From positions 32,001 to 96,000 of the forward strand of contig JBGSMV010000031.1 in assembly GCA_041739995.1 (NCBI GenBank): a DNA stretch of 64,000 nt, given 5' to 3'. The stretch is from Bdellovibrionota bacterium. Lineage in GTDB: Bacteria > Bdellovibrionota_C > UBA2361 > JBGSMV01. The position numbers and the translations under genes are program-made. The notes beneath the pieces were generated by a model, which was not told where the DNA came from, ran no database searches, and saw nothing but the letters and a program-made list of their open reading frames with translations. This document shows, piece by piece, positions 20,084 through 28,457 of this stretch (positions are counted from its first letter, which is position 1; every line of letters starts with the position of its first letter).

Positions 20084-21856
20084 TTATTCAGCTCTATTGA
20101 GGCGCAGCAGATTTAGGTCGACTACCTTGCTCAAGCCATCTACGTACACCAGCGCAGGAAACGCCTCTGTCCTTGGCGTTTCCGGCAGCGAAAAGTAAAT
20201 GAAGTCATTCGGATCTCGGCTACGCACCTCCGCCATCACTGGACCGAACGGCTCAAAATATTTAGCGCGACTAAGCGCCTGCGGTCGAAACTTACTGCGT
20301 TCGAACACTAAGTAGTCGATATGTTCCGCCTGAGAGCTTTCCAGCACCTTGTCCCACGATGCGGCATAATGCATTTCAAGCGCGATAAAGGTGCGGCGCT
20401 TCATCTCAGCATAATACCCATCATAAAAAGGATGCGCCGTCTCCGTGGTGACATAACCCTGCCGCGCCCCGTAAAGCATGACCGGATCGATCCATGTCGG
20501 ATGTCCGGCGACCACAGACTTCAGTGGAGTGTTGCCCTTCATCCAGGTCCAAACTTCTCCGCGCTTGGTCCTCCACCAGTTAAAATTCATTTTTCCGTAG
20601 AGTCCGTTGCCCGACCCGGTATAAACCAGTGCACCCACCAGACACAGCGCCATTACGGACTTCCAATGCCGCTTTAAACGAATCGGGGCCTTCCACTGGG
20701 CGCTGCCTATCGGAAGATCCTCACGCACCGCAAAGAGTCGCCAAAATCCAATGGTAAATGCAGTGATAAAGAAAAATGCCAGCGGGATCTGAAGATGCCT
20801 GTCGGGAACGTATAAACGGAAAGCCAGTGGCCTACTTGCAAAATAAACAGCCATCGTCGCTATAAAAAAGCACCACACTGACTTCGGGACAAACGCTCGG
20901 CCACGCCACACTCCCAGCAAAAGAAGCAGCGCAGTCAACCCCAAGACAACTTCTGCCATGTTTCGTTCCACCACTCGCCATGGTTGGTAGAACCTTCCGA
21001 CGAACGACTGAAACCCAAAGCTCCTCACTTCGCGTTCAATCGGATTCATGGGCAAGAATGGGAAACGTCCTCCTTTGCGCTGGAACTCAGGCATGTGCGT
21101 AGCCTGTTCGAGCGTTGCCATACTTCCGACTTCTTCTGGCATTCTCACCACAGAAAGGGCCAAAAGCGCACAAAGCGGACTAACCACAAGCAATCGCTTC
21201 AAGTGCGGAAGAAACTCCTTGCGCGTCGCCGGCATCGCCACATTCCACACAAGATAAAGTCCATAGGCCAACGCAGCTATCAACGTAGAGGGTGTGTGGA
21301 TCAGACATCCCACCACCAGAGTGGCGATGACCCCCCAATGATTTCCCGAGATCACAAAATACAGGAAAGCAGCCAGCACCGTCGGACTCCACCCACGTGG
21401 CAAGCCACCCGTCATACGCTGCATCACATGTCGCGTATGAAGTAACCATGTTACAGCAAACAAGGCAGGTACAGTCCCCGCGGCGTGACGAACTGCAAGA
21501 AAGAGAAATCCGACCGCACCAAGCACCTGTAGCAACATGACCCAGTGCCCCATCATGACCGGGTCTTGGGTGAGCCACGTGATGCCCCAACTAATCCAGT
21601 AGTGCAGCGGCGCCAAGTAGCACACCATCATGCGGGTGATGAAGTCGCCCTCAAACAATTCAGGGTGCAGCACTCGGTGGAACGGGAATACCTGCTGAAG
21701 CGAGTCGTCAGTAACCCAGTCAGGATGGAACCATTCGGGGGAAACTGACGCCACAAAAGCATAGGCATAGGCCAAGAATCCCGCCCATGCGAACCAAGTC
21801 AGTAACGATGTCTCAGAGAGTGTCTTTTTAAAATGCACAGCCCAGGCAGGTAACAC
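20084..21856 (-). CDS. Polytopic membrane protein, possible GT-C-fold glycosyltransferase
   Basis: About 11-12 TM segments; acidic pair (VTDD) in first loop; soluble C-terminal domain beginning WTWMKGNTPLKSVVAG. Confidence 0.6.
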   Translation of the reverse strand: MLPAWAVHFKKTLSETSLLTWFAWAGFLAYAYAFVASVSPEWFHPDWVTDDSLQQVFPFHRVLHPELFEGDFITRMMVCYLAPLHYWISWGITWLTQDPVMMGHWVMLLQVLGAVGFLFLAVRHAAGTVPALFAVTWLLHTRHVMQRMTGGLPRGWSPTVLAAFLYFVISGNHWGVIATLVVGCLIHTPSTLIAALAYGLYLVWNVAMPATRKEFLPHLKRLLVVSPLCALLALSVVRMPEEVGSMATLEQATHMPEFQRKGGRFPFLPMNPIEREVRSFGFQSFVGRFYQPWRVVERNMAEVVLGLTALLLLLGVWRGRAFVPKSVWCFFIATMAVYFASRPLAFRLYVPDRHLQIPLAFFFITAFTIGFWRLFAVREDLPIGSAQWKAPIRLKRHWKSVMALCLVGALVYTGSGNGLYGKMNFNWWRTKRGEVWTWMKGNTPLKSVVAGHPTWIDPVMLYGARQGYVTTETAHPFYDGYYAEMKRRTFIALEMHYAASWDKVLESSQAEHIDYLVFERSKFRPQALSRAKYFEPFGPVMAEVRSRDPNDFIYFSLPETPRTEAFPALVYVDGLSKVVDLNLLRLNRAE

Positions 21857-21965
21857 GGATTTCGATTGGGAGCCAGACTTGTGTCCAACAGACCGTCACG
21901 AAAATGCACTGTCAACAGAGTGCACCGCCGAAACCGATTTGAGCGCCACGGAGCGCATTCTCGGA

Positions 21966-23180
21966 CTAGCCGTCACAGAAGGGTCTAAGATCGTCATGAA
22001 AAAGGGTACGAACATCAAGCACCCGTTGCCCGCTAAAGCCACTGGTCGCAAGAAACCAGGAGTACGGCTTGGCAGGACGGGTTAGAGTCGCGAAACTTGA
22101 AGCCGACGTAATCGTGCGAATGAAGCGTCCATTCGCTCCGGAAAACAAGCGCACCTGAGCATCGTCACCGACAACTACTGCTTCAGGAATACAATCAAAA
22201 TCAATATCGGATATCCAATCCATCACGCGCGAGTTCAGTCGAGTCTGCAAGGCCAAATTCGATCCGAAACCTCCCGCGATAGCGATACCATACATTAGTC
22301 GCCCAGAGCGCCCGTCGTAGACTCGCATGGTGTGATTCGCCACGGACTTAACCAATAGCGAGACCGCGTACTCTGGTACTAGATCTCCGTTAAGGTCGAC
22401 GCCCTCGTGCACATCATCGCCAAGCAGCAAGTCAGGACTCGTTGCGGCTTCCTGGTGCAGGAGGCTCAGATCTGCCCCAGAGAGGATTGAGTACGCGCCA
22501 CCCTTAGGGTTGCCGCGCGGAACTCCGCCTACCAAGATATCAGGCAAGCCGTCGAAATTCCGGTCGCCAATGGTTGCGAGGCTTTGCGCAAACTGACTTT
22601 GTGCTGAATTTTTTAGCTTCTTGAGCTTGCGGCCGGTAAGTCCGGAGTACATGGTCAAAGTGCGCTTCTCTGGACGATTTTGTGTCGCTCCGACTGCGAA
22701 ATCTTCAATTCCATCGCGGTCGACATCACCAAGTCTTGTAATATCAAGAACCGAGGTGACAATTCCCTTCTTTGCAAGCCGCTGCTTACGAATCAGCTGA
22801 CCCGTTCCAGAATAGAGAAAAAGCTTGTCCGCTCGACGGCGTGAACTCGCTTCTGAAGTGATCGCTATGTCGGCGAGCCCGTCACCATTTACATCGCCAA
22901 GTCGAAAAGCACGTGGCTGCCTGAGGCCCCTGGTCGCAGGAATTATCGAGGCGACGACTCCTAGGCTCCTCCCTTCCACAAATTGAATTTCTTCTAGCGT
23001 ATAGGTCTGCCGCTGTGCATTGAAGAGCGACCGCAGAATCACGACGTCACTGCTGCGATCACCCGTAAAATCGCCGGTTTTGAACATGGCGCGGGATTGA
23101 ATCACGGACTGAGCACTCGCCAAGGTCGCAAGCACTAACCCATTGATACATATAATAAAAAAGCTTCTTAGCAAAAACAT
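21966..23180 (-). CDS. Secreted FG-GAP / integrin-alpha-like repeat protein
   Basis: Signal peptide; GDFTGDRSSD, GDVNGDGLADIAI, GDVDRDGIEDFAVGA, GDRNFDGLPDILVG, DLNGDLVPEYAV repeats. Confidence 0.85.
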   Translation of the reverse strand: MFLLRSFFIICINGLVLATLASAQSVIQSRAMFKTGDFTGDRSSDVVILRSLFNAQRQTYTLEEIQFVEGRSLGVVASIIPATRGLRQPRAFRLGDVNGDGLADIAITSEASSRRRADKLFLYSGTGQLIRKQRLAKKGIVTSVLDITRLGDVDRDGIEDFAVGATQNRPEKRTLTMYSGLTGRKLKKLKNSAQSQFAQSLATIGDRNFDGLPDILVGGVPRGNPKGGAYSILSGADLSLLHQEAATSPDLLLGDDVHEGVDLNGDLVPEYAVSLLVKSVANHTMRVYDGRSGRLMYGIAIAGGFGSNLALQTRLNSRVMDWISDIDFDCIPEAVVVGDDAQVRLFSGANGRFIRTITSASSFATLTRPAKPYSWFLATSGFSGQRVLDVRTLFHDDLRPFCDG

Positions 23181-23273
23181 TAGCAGCCCTCTCTGGATGC
23201 GAAACCGTACCTCTCACAGCTATGTTATGGGGCCAAATCAACCGGTGATGCTTTAGGATCGGAAGGACGAAAA

Positions 23274-24815
23274 CTAGGCGCCTGTGGCCTTCCTAGAAGC
23301 CGCAAAGGTCTCACGCAAAGCAGTGGGAAGTGTTTCGGGCGACGCGTTGACACAGTCAAACCATCCGACCACGGCGCGTTTCTCCTCTGTCTGTAGCTCC
23401 CACCACTTCTTGCCATCAGGAAACTTATGAAGTTTTCGGGCGAGTGGTTCGAAAATTCCCTCTCGCAGTCCAGCGACTACTTCTTTCACGCCAGAGGAAT
23501 ATGACATTTCACCATCAAGTAACCCAAGCAGCGCCGCGCGCGATCTCATTCCATCACCAAGCACTGCCATTGCTGCTGCCACATGTTGTTTAGGCATAGT
23601 GATGGCCAGATTCGCCATGAAAAGTCTTTGGTCCGCTCGCTTAAATCGATCGCCACACTGTTCAATCGCCTCTGGTGGAATAATGGATATTCCCAAGGTT
23701 GCATAAGAAGATGGTTGATATCCAGGAGACCGGAATACCAACCTACCTAGAAATCGTCTGCTATCTTTTGGTTCACCAAGGTCTTGAATCGAGACTAAGC
23801 CGCGCTCCAGTTTAAGCTTTGTCGCCTTCTCTGATGAATCACCAAATTCTTTCCGCGCAGCCTCCATAATGGCGTCCTTAATGCGCTCCGCTCCGCCATT
23901 CCAATGGATCGGAGCAACCGGAGAACCGGGAAGTTGCACGAAGCCCCACTGCTGAAAATCATTCAACATAAGCCGCCCATCGACTTCCCTTGCCCGCTCG
24001 TCGGAAATGTTTGCAGTTACTAGGTTACCCTTACCACCAAAGAACACTGCCACAGTTGAGGAAACCCCTTGGGCGAAAGTCCTGTCCGTGTCAGCAACTC
24101 CGCTCGCAAGGAGATATTTACTCGGAAGTTCACTAGTCCTCGTAGCGCGAGAATTCAGAGCAGCCGGCTCTGGCTTCCCACTTGCGTCAGCTCGCTCAAG
24201 CGACATATCTGCTGTTTTGTTGGAAGGAATCGGAAGCGTCTCCATGCGCGGCACGCTTAGCGAACGCTCAGCCATGGCAAGCAGCTTTGCTTCAACTATG
24301 CCAAGCGCATCTTTCTTCTGCTTAGCGAACGCGTCTCGTAACGCATCATAGATTCGAAGAACGTCTGCCTTATTTGATTCTCCAATTTCGGAGAGTGGCG
24401 CTACGTCTTCACCGCCAAACCGTACGCGCTGCATCTGTATGTTCGTCTCGAATTGAGCCGGCTCGGAAACAGCAAATCGAGTTATTTTCAACCGAATGGA
24501 TTCAAGCGCTTGGGGCCCTACGTCTGGCTTGTGAAGTCCTTCAAGCGTTCGTTGAAACTCTATAATGGTGCTGCATTCATGATTAAATGGACGCCGAAGC
24601 GCTTGTTTGATCTTCGGATCAAAGCTGCGAGTTAACTCTTCGTACTTAGTCGCAACCTGTTTCGCCTCTCCGGAAAGATGTCGAACACGCCTATGAATCT
24701 CATCGCGCCCGGTAATAGCTAGAGGAGAGACCCCTCCGAGCTGAGAACCAACCTGCGCGGAGCTTCCGAGACGGGCCCCTCGACCTAGAATTCCCCCCAT
24801 TCCTACTTGCGACAT
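23274..24815 (-). CDS. Hypothetical protein
   Basis: 513-aa ORF, GAGG RBS, no recognisable motif. Confidence 0.7.
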   Translation of the reverse strand: MSQVGMGGILGRGARLGSSAQVGSQLGGVSPLAITGRDEIHRRVRHLSGEAKQVATKYEELTRSFDPKIKQALRRPFNHECSTIIEFQRTLEGLHKPDVGPQALESIRLKITRFAVSEPAQFETNIQMQRVRFGGEDVAPLSEIGESNKADVLRIYDALRDAFAKQKKDALGIVEAKLLAMAERSLSVPRMETLPIPSNKTADMSLERADASGKPEPAALNSRATRTSELPSKYLLASGVADTDRTFAQGVSSTVAVFFGGKGNLVTANISDERAREVDGRLMLNDFQQWGFVQLPGSPVAPIHWNGGAERIKDAIMEAARKEFGDSSEKATKLKLERGLVSIQDLGEPKDSRRFLGRLVFRSPGYQPSSYATLGISIIPPEAIEQCGDRFKRADQRLFMANLAITMPKQHVAAAMAVLGDGMRSRAALLGLLDGEMSYSSGVKEVVAGLREGIFEPLARKLHKFPDGKKWWELQTEEKRAVVGWFDCVNASPETLPTALRETFAASRKATGA

Positions 24816-24980
24816 GCCTAAACCTCAAAACTGAAGCTATTCAAATGTCTAGCTCCCCCGAGACTGTTATGCGGAATGCTCGTCGAAAGGGAACACTAGC
24901 GCACCGCACCCTGGAGGTAGGTCCGCTATCAACGAATAGTAAATCTTTTAATTTCAGCTAGTTATGCTCGATGGTATATT

Positions 24981-25598
24981 CTAGCGCTGCTCATCAAAGA
25001 ACTCGACGCGCCCGGTATCTAGAGAGTATTCCGCCCCCACTATCATGAGACCAGAACTTCGAAGCTGCTCAAGAATCGGCGATCCGTTACGTAAATGATC
25101 AGCAGAAACCTTAACGTTCGCGCGCACCGCACGCTGAACAAGCAGCTCTCGATTCTTACCGTCATCGCCAATCAGCAGCGGCTCCACGGCAGGCTTGATG
25201 CGATCGACGATTGATTTCACATTTTTTGATTGCTGGTCAGATGGTCGGCGAAGCTCGTCGATAGTCGCCAAAATCGCTCCGCAGTTTGAGTGCCCCAAGA
25301 CCACCACCAACTTCGTCCCAAAACGATCTGCAGCAAACTCAACGCTACCAATCTGCGAAGGAGCCACGATGTTACCAGCGACGCGAATGACAAACAGATC
25401 TCCAAGTCCCTGATCGAATACTATTTCCGCGGGCACACGCGAATCAGAGCATCCGAGAATAATAGCAAAGGGCTCCTGGCCATCGGCCAACTCACGACGA
25501 CGGGTCGGTGTGGTTACCGTTCCATCGCCACGACCATCAGCTACGAATCTAAGGTTTCCTTCTTTAAGTCGCCCGAGAGCTTCGCGCGCAGTAATCAT
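24981..25598 (-). CDS. Beta-class carbonic anhydrase
   Basis: LKEGNLRF, CSDSRV, GDLFVIRVAGN and HSNCGA Zn-ligand motifs. Confidence 0.95.
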   Translation of the reverse strand: MITAREALGRLKEGNLRFVADGRGDGTVTTPTRRRELADGQEPFAIILGCSDSRVPAEIVFDQGLGDLFVIRVAGNIVAPSQIGSVEFAADRFGTKLVVVLGHSNCGAILATIDELRRPSDQQSKNVKSIVDRIKPAVEPLLIGDDGKNRELLVQRAVRANVKVSADHLRNGSPILEQLRSSGLMIVGAEYSLDTGRVEFFDEQR

Positions 25599-25710
25599 TC
25601 TCTATTCCTTTAAGTTCAGTCGCTCTAATGGCTTCTGACCGTATCAATTGAATCCGTCTTTCGATACATAAATCGCACCTCACAAAGCATTATGCTTCGC
25701 GACTTTTCAT

Positions 25711-27720
25711 TCACTGGACAGCTAAACGAGGACGCTTAAATTCAACACCCACGAGCGCTAGACATAAAAGCACGCCGAAGCAGCACAAAAAAGGTTTTGA
25801 GCGACTAGGGCGATAATGCAATTCGACCTGATGTTGCCCGGCGTCAACCTCCACCCCAATAAACCCCGGTTCAACCTCGCGCGTCGACACCGGAACACTA
25901 TCGACTTTGGCCTCCCAGTTAGGATGAAAGCTGGTCCGGAAGAAAATTATTCCTGGCTCAGCCGCGTCCACTGAACCAGATGCATCCTGACTGCTCCAAC
26001 GAACATCGCGAACAGTTCCAACCTTTGAATCTAAATTAACTATTGGTCTCGCGTGAGCAGCATCTGCATAGAGCTCTGCGCTAGTTGTTCCAACAAAGTC
26101 GCTGTTTTCAACTGAGAGCACGACACCTGCTGGGTAGCTAAACACTTTGTAGCGGCCGAACTGAGCTATCTCAGAGAGGAACTGAGGAGCAGTCCAATGG
26201 GCTGGGGCTACCACGGTGTTAACTCCGAAGAAACGATAATGCTGCTCACGTTGTGGGTCGAAGGAGAAAACCGAATCCCCTGCTTTGCCCATAGAGTGAA
26301 AAAGCATTCCCATAGTGGGCAGACCACGAATCACGATGGGGTGATAAACCTCTACATAATCTGCAACCACCAGATCTTTGGCCCAGGTGCGCGCCATTCC
26401 CGCATAGATCCATCCCGGTGGTCGCTCTTCTAAATAACTGAGAAGTGCCTGGGTATCAGTGTCCTTAGAAAATGAGCTATTTGCTGCTTCAATTCGGCTG
26501 TGCTGCTGCTGGAAAAGGCCAGCCTGCTGCAGCACAGGCATCGCCAAAACGAGGACTACCCAGACTCCTCGCAGCCACACGGAAGGAAACCAGGAAAGAG
26601 CTATCATGACCCCCTGCCCCGCAAGCACCACGCCAAACAGCTGCACCCCGATTATAAAGCGATGCATGTGCATGGAGCTAAGCAGCGGCAGGGATTCAAA
26701 TAGAAATCCCCAGGCTTGGTATCCGCACAGCAAGCTGAGCCACAAGATGAAGCTGCTTACCACCAATCGCATCGCCCATGCCTGACTGCGCGCACACAGC
26801 GCAAAGCTCAGTCCTATACACACGAATACGGTTACTATTGGAAAACGTCCGCGGTCAAAGAGTCCGCCTTTAAAAAACTCCGATACCGTCCAATAAATTC
26901 CGCGACCAGAAAACTTCCACTCAGGTTCGAACACGCTTCTATGGATGAAGTTACTGTCACTTAAAATAAACACCCACTGATGAGCAGTTACCGCCAGAAA
27001 CAAGAGCGAGAGCATGAGTGCTCGCCCGAACACGGCCCGAACTGAACTCGTCCGAGAAAGTACCGCTCCGAGTAGCCCAATGAAAACAGAAGTGCCGATG
27101 ACATAGGCTGCAAGAATATGAGAACCGACCGCTAAGAAACTAAGCAGAGCGCATAGGCCCCAGCCCTTCCCGAAAGTCACCACCCTAAAGGCATAGGCGC
27201 AGGCAGGCGCTAGAAACACCAACGCCCAGAGCTGGGTGATAATGCCGTTGGTACCCCAAGCATAGTTCTCAAGACCAAGACCGTAGCCTTCCTGCTCTGC
27301 CAGCAGCACCGCAAATGCACCGGTGACCGCCGCTGCAAGCGGTGCAGACCCAAGCACACGAGCCGCCCAATAGAACGAGAAAGGCAACGCACTTACCGCC
27401 AACACGGTAAAGAGCGGCACAAGCATCTCTAGAGCAACCGAACTACCCAGCAGTCGATAGCAAGCGTATATCACCAGATGCGGAAGATGTTGGTAGACCC
27501 TGAATACAGGGTACCCGAAAGGACTAGCGTCAAACCAAAAATCGAAGGCACTGCCCCCGGCGCGCACTACGGCGTCGAGCTCACGCAGAAGAGACAAATG
27601 AAAGGTGACATCGCTGTATTGGAACTCGCCCGCAGTGAGCTCAGGCCAAAAGCCCCACGCGGAGAACGCGGAAGCAAGAATAAGTAGCAGAAGTGCAAAT
27701 TTTCGCTCATTTCGGAGCAT
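25711..27720 (-). CDS. YfhO-like / PTPS-related polytopic membrane protein (putative GT-C glycosyltransferase)
   Basis: YSDVTFH...GYPVFRVYQHLPH N-terminal loop, many TMs, YfhO-type C-terminus SFHPNWEAKVD...GQHQVELHYRP; start ATG 27720 overlaps upstream stop (ORF track 27804). Confidence 0.7.
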   Translation of the reverse strand: MLRNERKFALLLLILASAFSAWGFWPELTAGEFQYSDVTFHLSLLRELDAVVRAGGSAFDFWFDASPFGYPVFRVYQHLPHLVIYACYRLLGSSVALEMLVPLFTVLAVSALPFSFYWAARVLGSAPLAAAVTGAFAVLLAEQEGYGLGLENYAWGTNGIITQLWALVFLAPACAYAFRVVTFGKGWGLCALLSFLAVGSHILAAYVIGTSVFIGLLGAVLSRTSSVRAVFGRALMLSLLFLAVTAHQWVFILSDSNFIHRSVFEPEWKFSGRGIYWTVSEFFKGGLFDRGRFPIVTVFVCIGLSFALCARSQAWAMRLVVSSFILWLSLLCGYQAWGFLFESLPLLSSMHMHRFIIGVQLFGVVLAGQGVMIALSWFPSVWLRGVWVVLVLAMPVLQQAGLFQQQHSRIEAANSSFSKDTDTQALLSYLEERPPGWIYAGMARTWAKDLVVADYVEVYHPIVIRGLPTMGMLFHSMGKAGDSVFSFDPQREQHYRFFGVNTVVAPAHWTAPQFLSEIAQFGRYKVFSYPAGVVLSVENSDFVGTTSAELYADAAHARPIVNLDSKVGTVRDVRWSSQDASGSVDAAEPGIIFFRTSFHPNWEAKVDSVPVSTREVEPGFIGVEVDAGQHQVELHYRPSRSKPFLCCFGVLLCLALVGVEFKRPRLAVQ

Positions 27721-28201
27721 TCGCTGCGTCCTCAAGAACTTTCGCGCGGTCCTGTGCCAACTTGAAATCTGGAGAAACTCGAATGGCGGCCCGAACCTGT
27801 TCAAGGGCTCCGCTGATGTCGCCGCGCTGCTCTTTAATGAAGCTTAAATTGTAATGCGTGAATTGCTCTAACTCAGCAAGTTCTTTGATAGTTCCTGCAT
27901 AGTATTTTTCAGCCGCGGCATTGGCGCCCTGAAGCTGGGAGATCCACCCGAGCCCAAACAGCATCACTGGATCCTTGTCATCTCTTTGACGCAGATCTTC
28001 AAGGCAACCACGAGCAACGCTCCGCAATGCCGGTTCTTTAATAGACCGATCTACAAGGCCAAGGCACTTGCGAGCCGAGGAGTTACTATTCTTTTCTACT
28101 GTGTCGGCTTGCTGCTCAGCGTGAAAAATAAACATTACGCTGAGTAGTCCACAGGCAAGAATGAACGCGATCAAATTTCTGCTCTTCAAATGGCTCAGCA
28201 T
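27707..28201 (-). CDS. Membrane-anchored TPR protein
   Basis: N-terminal TM then TPR-like helices (LFGLGWISQLQG...HYNLSFIKEQRGDISGA); ORF-track extension to 28369 runs into a repeat. Confidence 0.65.
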   Translation of the reverse strand: MLSHLKSRNLIAFILACGLLSVMFIFHAEQQADTVEKNSNSSARKCLGLVDRSIKEPALRSVARGCLEDLRQRDDKDPVMLFGLGWISQLQGANAAAEKYYAGTIKELAELEQFTHYNLSFIKEQRGDISGALEQVRAAIRVSPDFKLAQDRAKVLEDAANAPK

Positions 28202-28340
28202 GGCTCTCGCTTCCGAAAGATTTTCCCGAAGTCTAGCCAGTTGCTCGGGAACCAGCGAGCAGGAAAATAAGGCTTTCAACAGAGCCTGTCGAACTAAGGA
28301 TCTGAAGGTGAGAACTACTCCCGATGTTGTGCGCCGTTCC

Positions 28341-28423
28341 TTTAACAACACGGGGGTCACGGTGGACACGGAGGGGGATTGGCTTCCTCTCCGAGACCAC
28401 CGTGCCCACCGTGTTAAAAAATT
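28341..28423. repeat. Palindromic intergenic repeat, family B copy 1
   Basis: AACACGGGGGTCACGGTGGACACGGAG...CTCCGAGACCACCGTGCCCACCGTGTT hairpin with 9-nt periodicity; its reverse complement matches 63591-63679. Confidence 0.75.
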
Positions 28424-28457
28424 CCCTCTCGAATGACCGTGCTATTGATGAACGATC

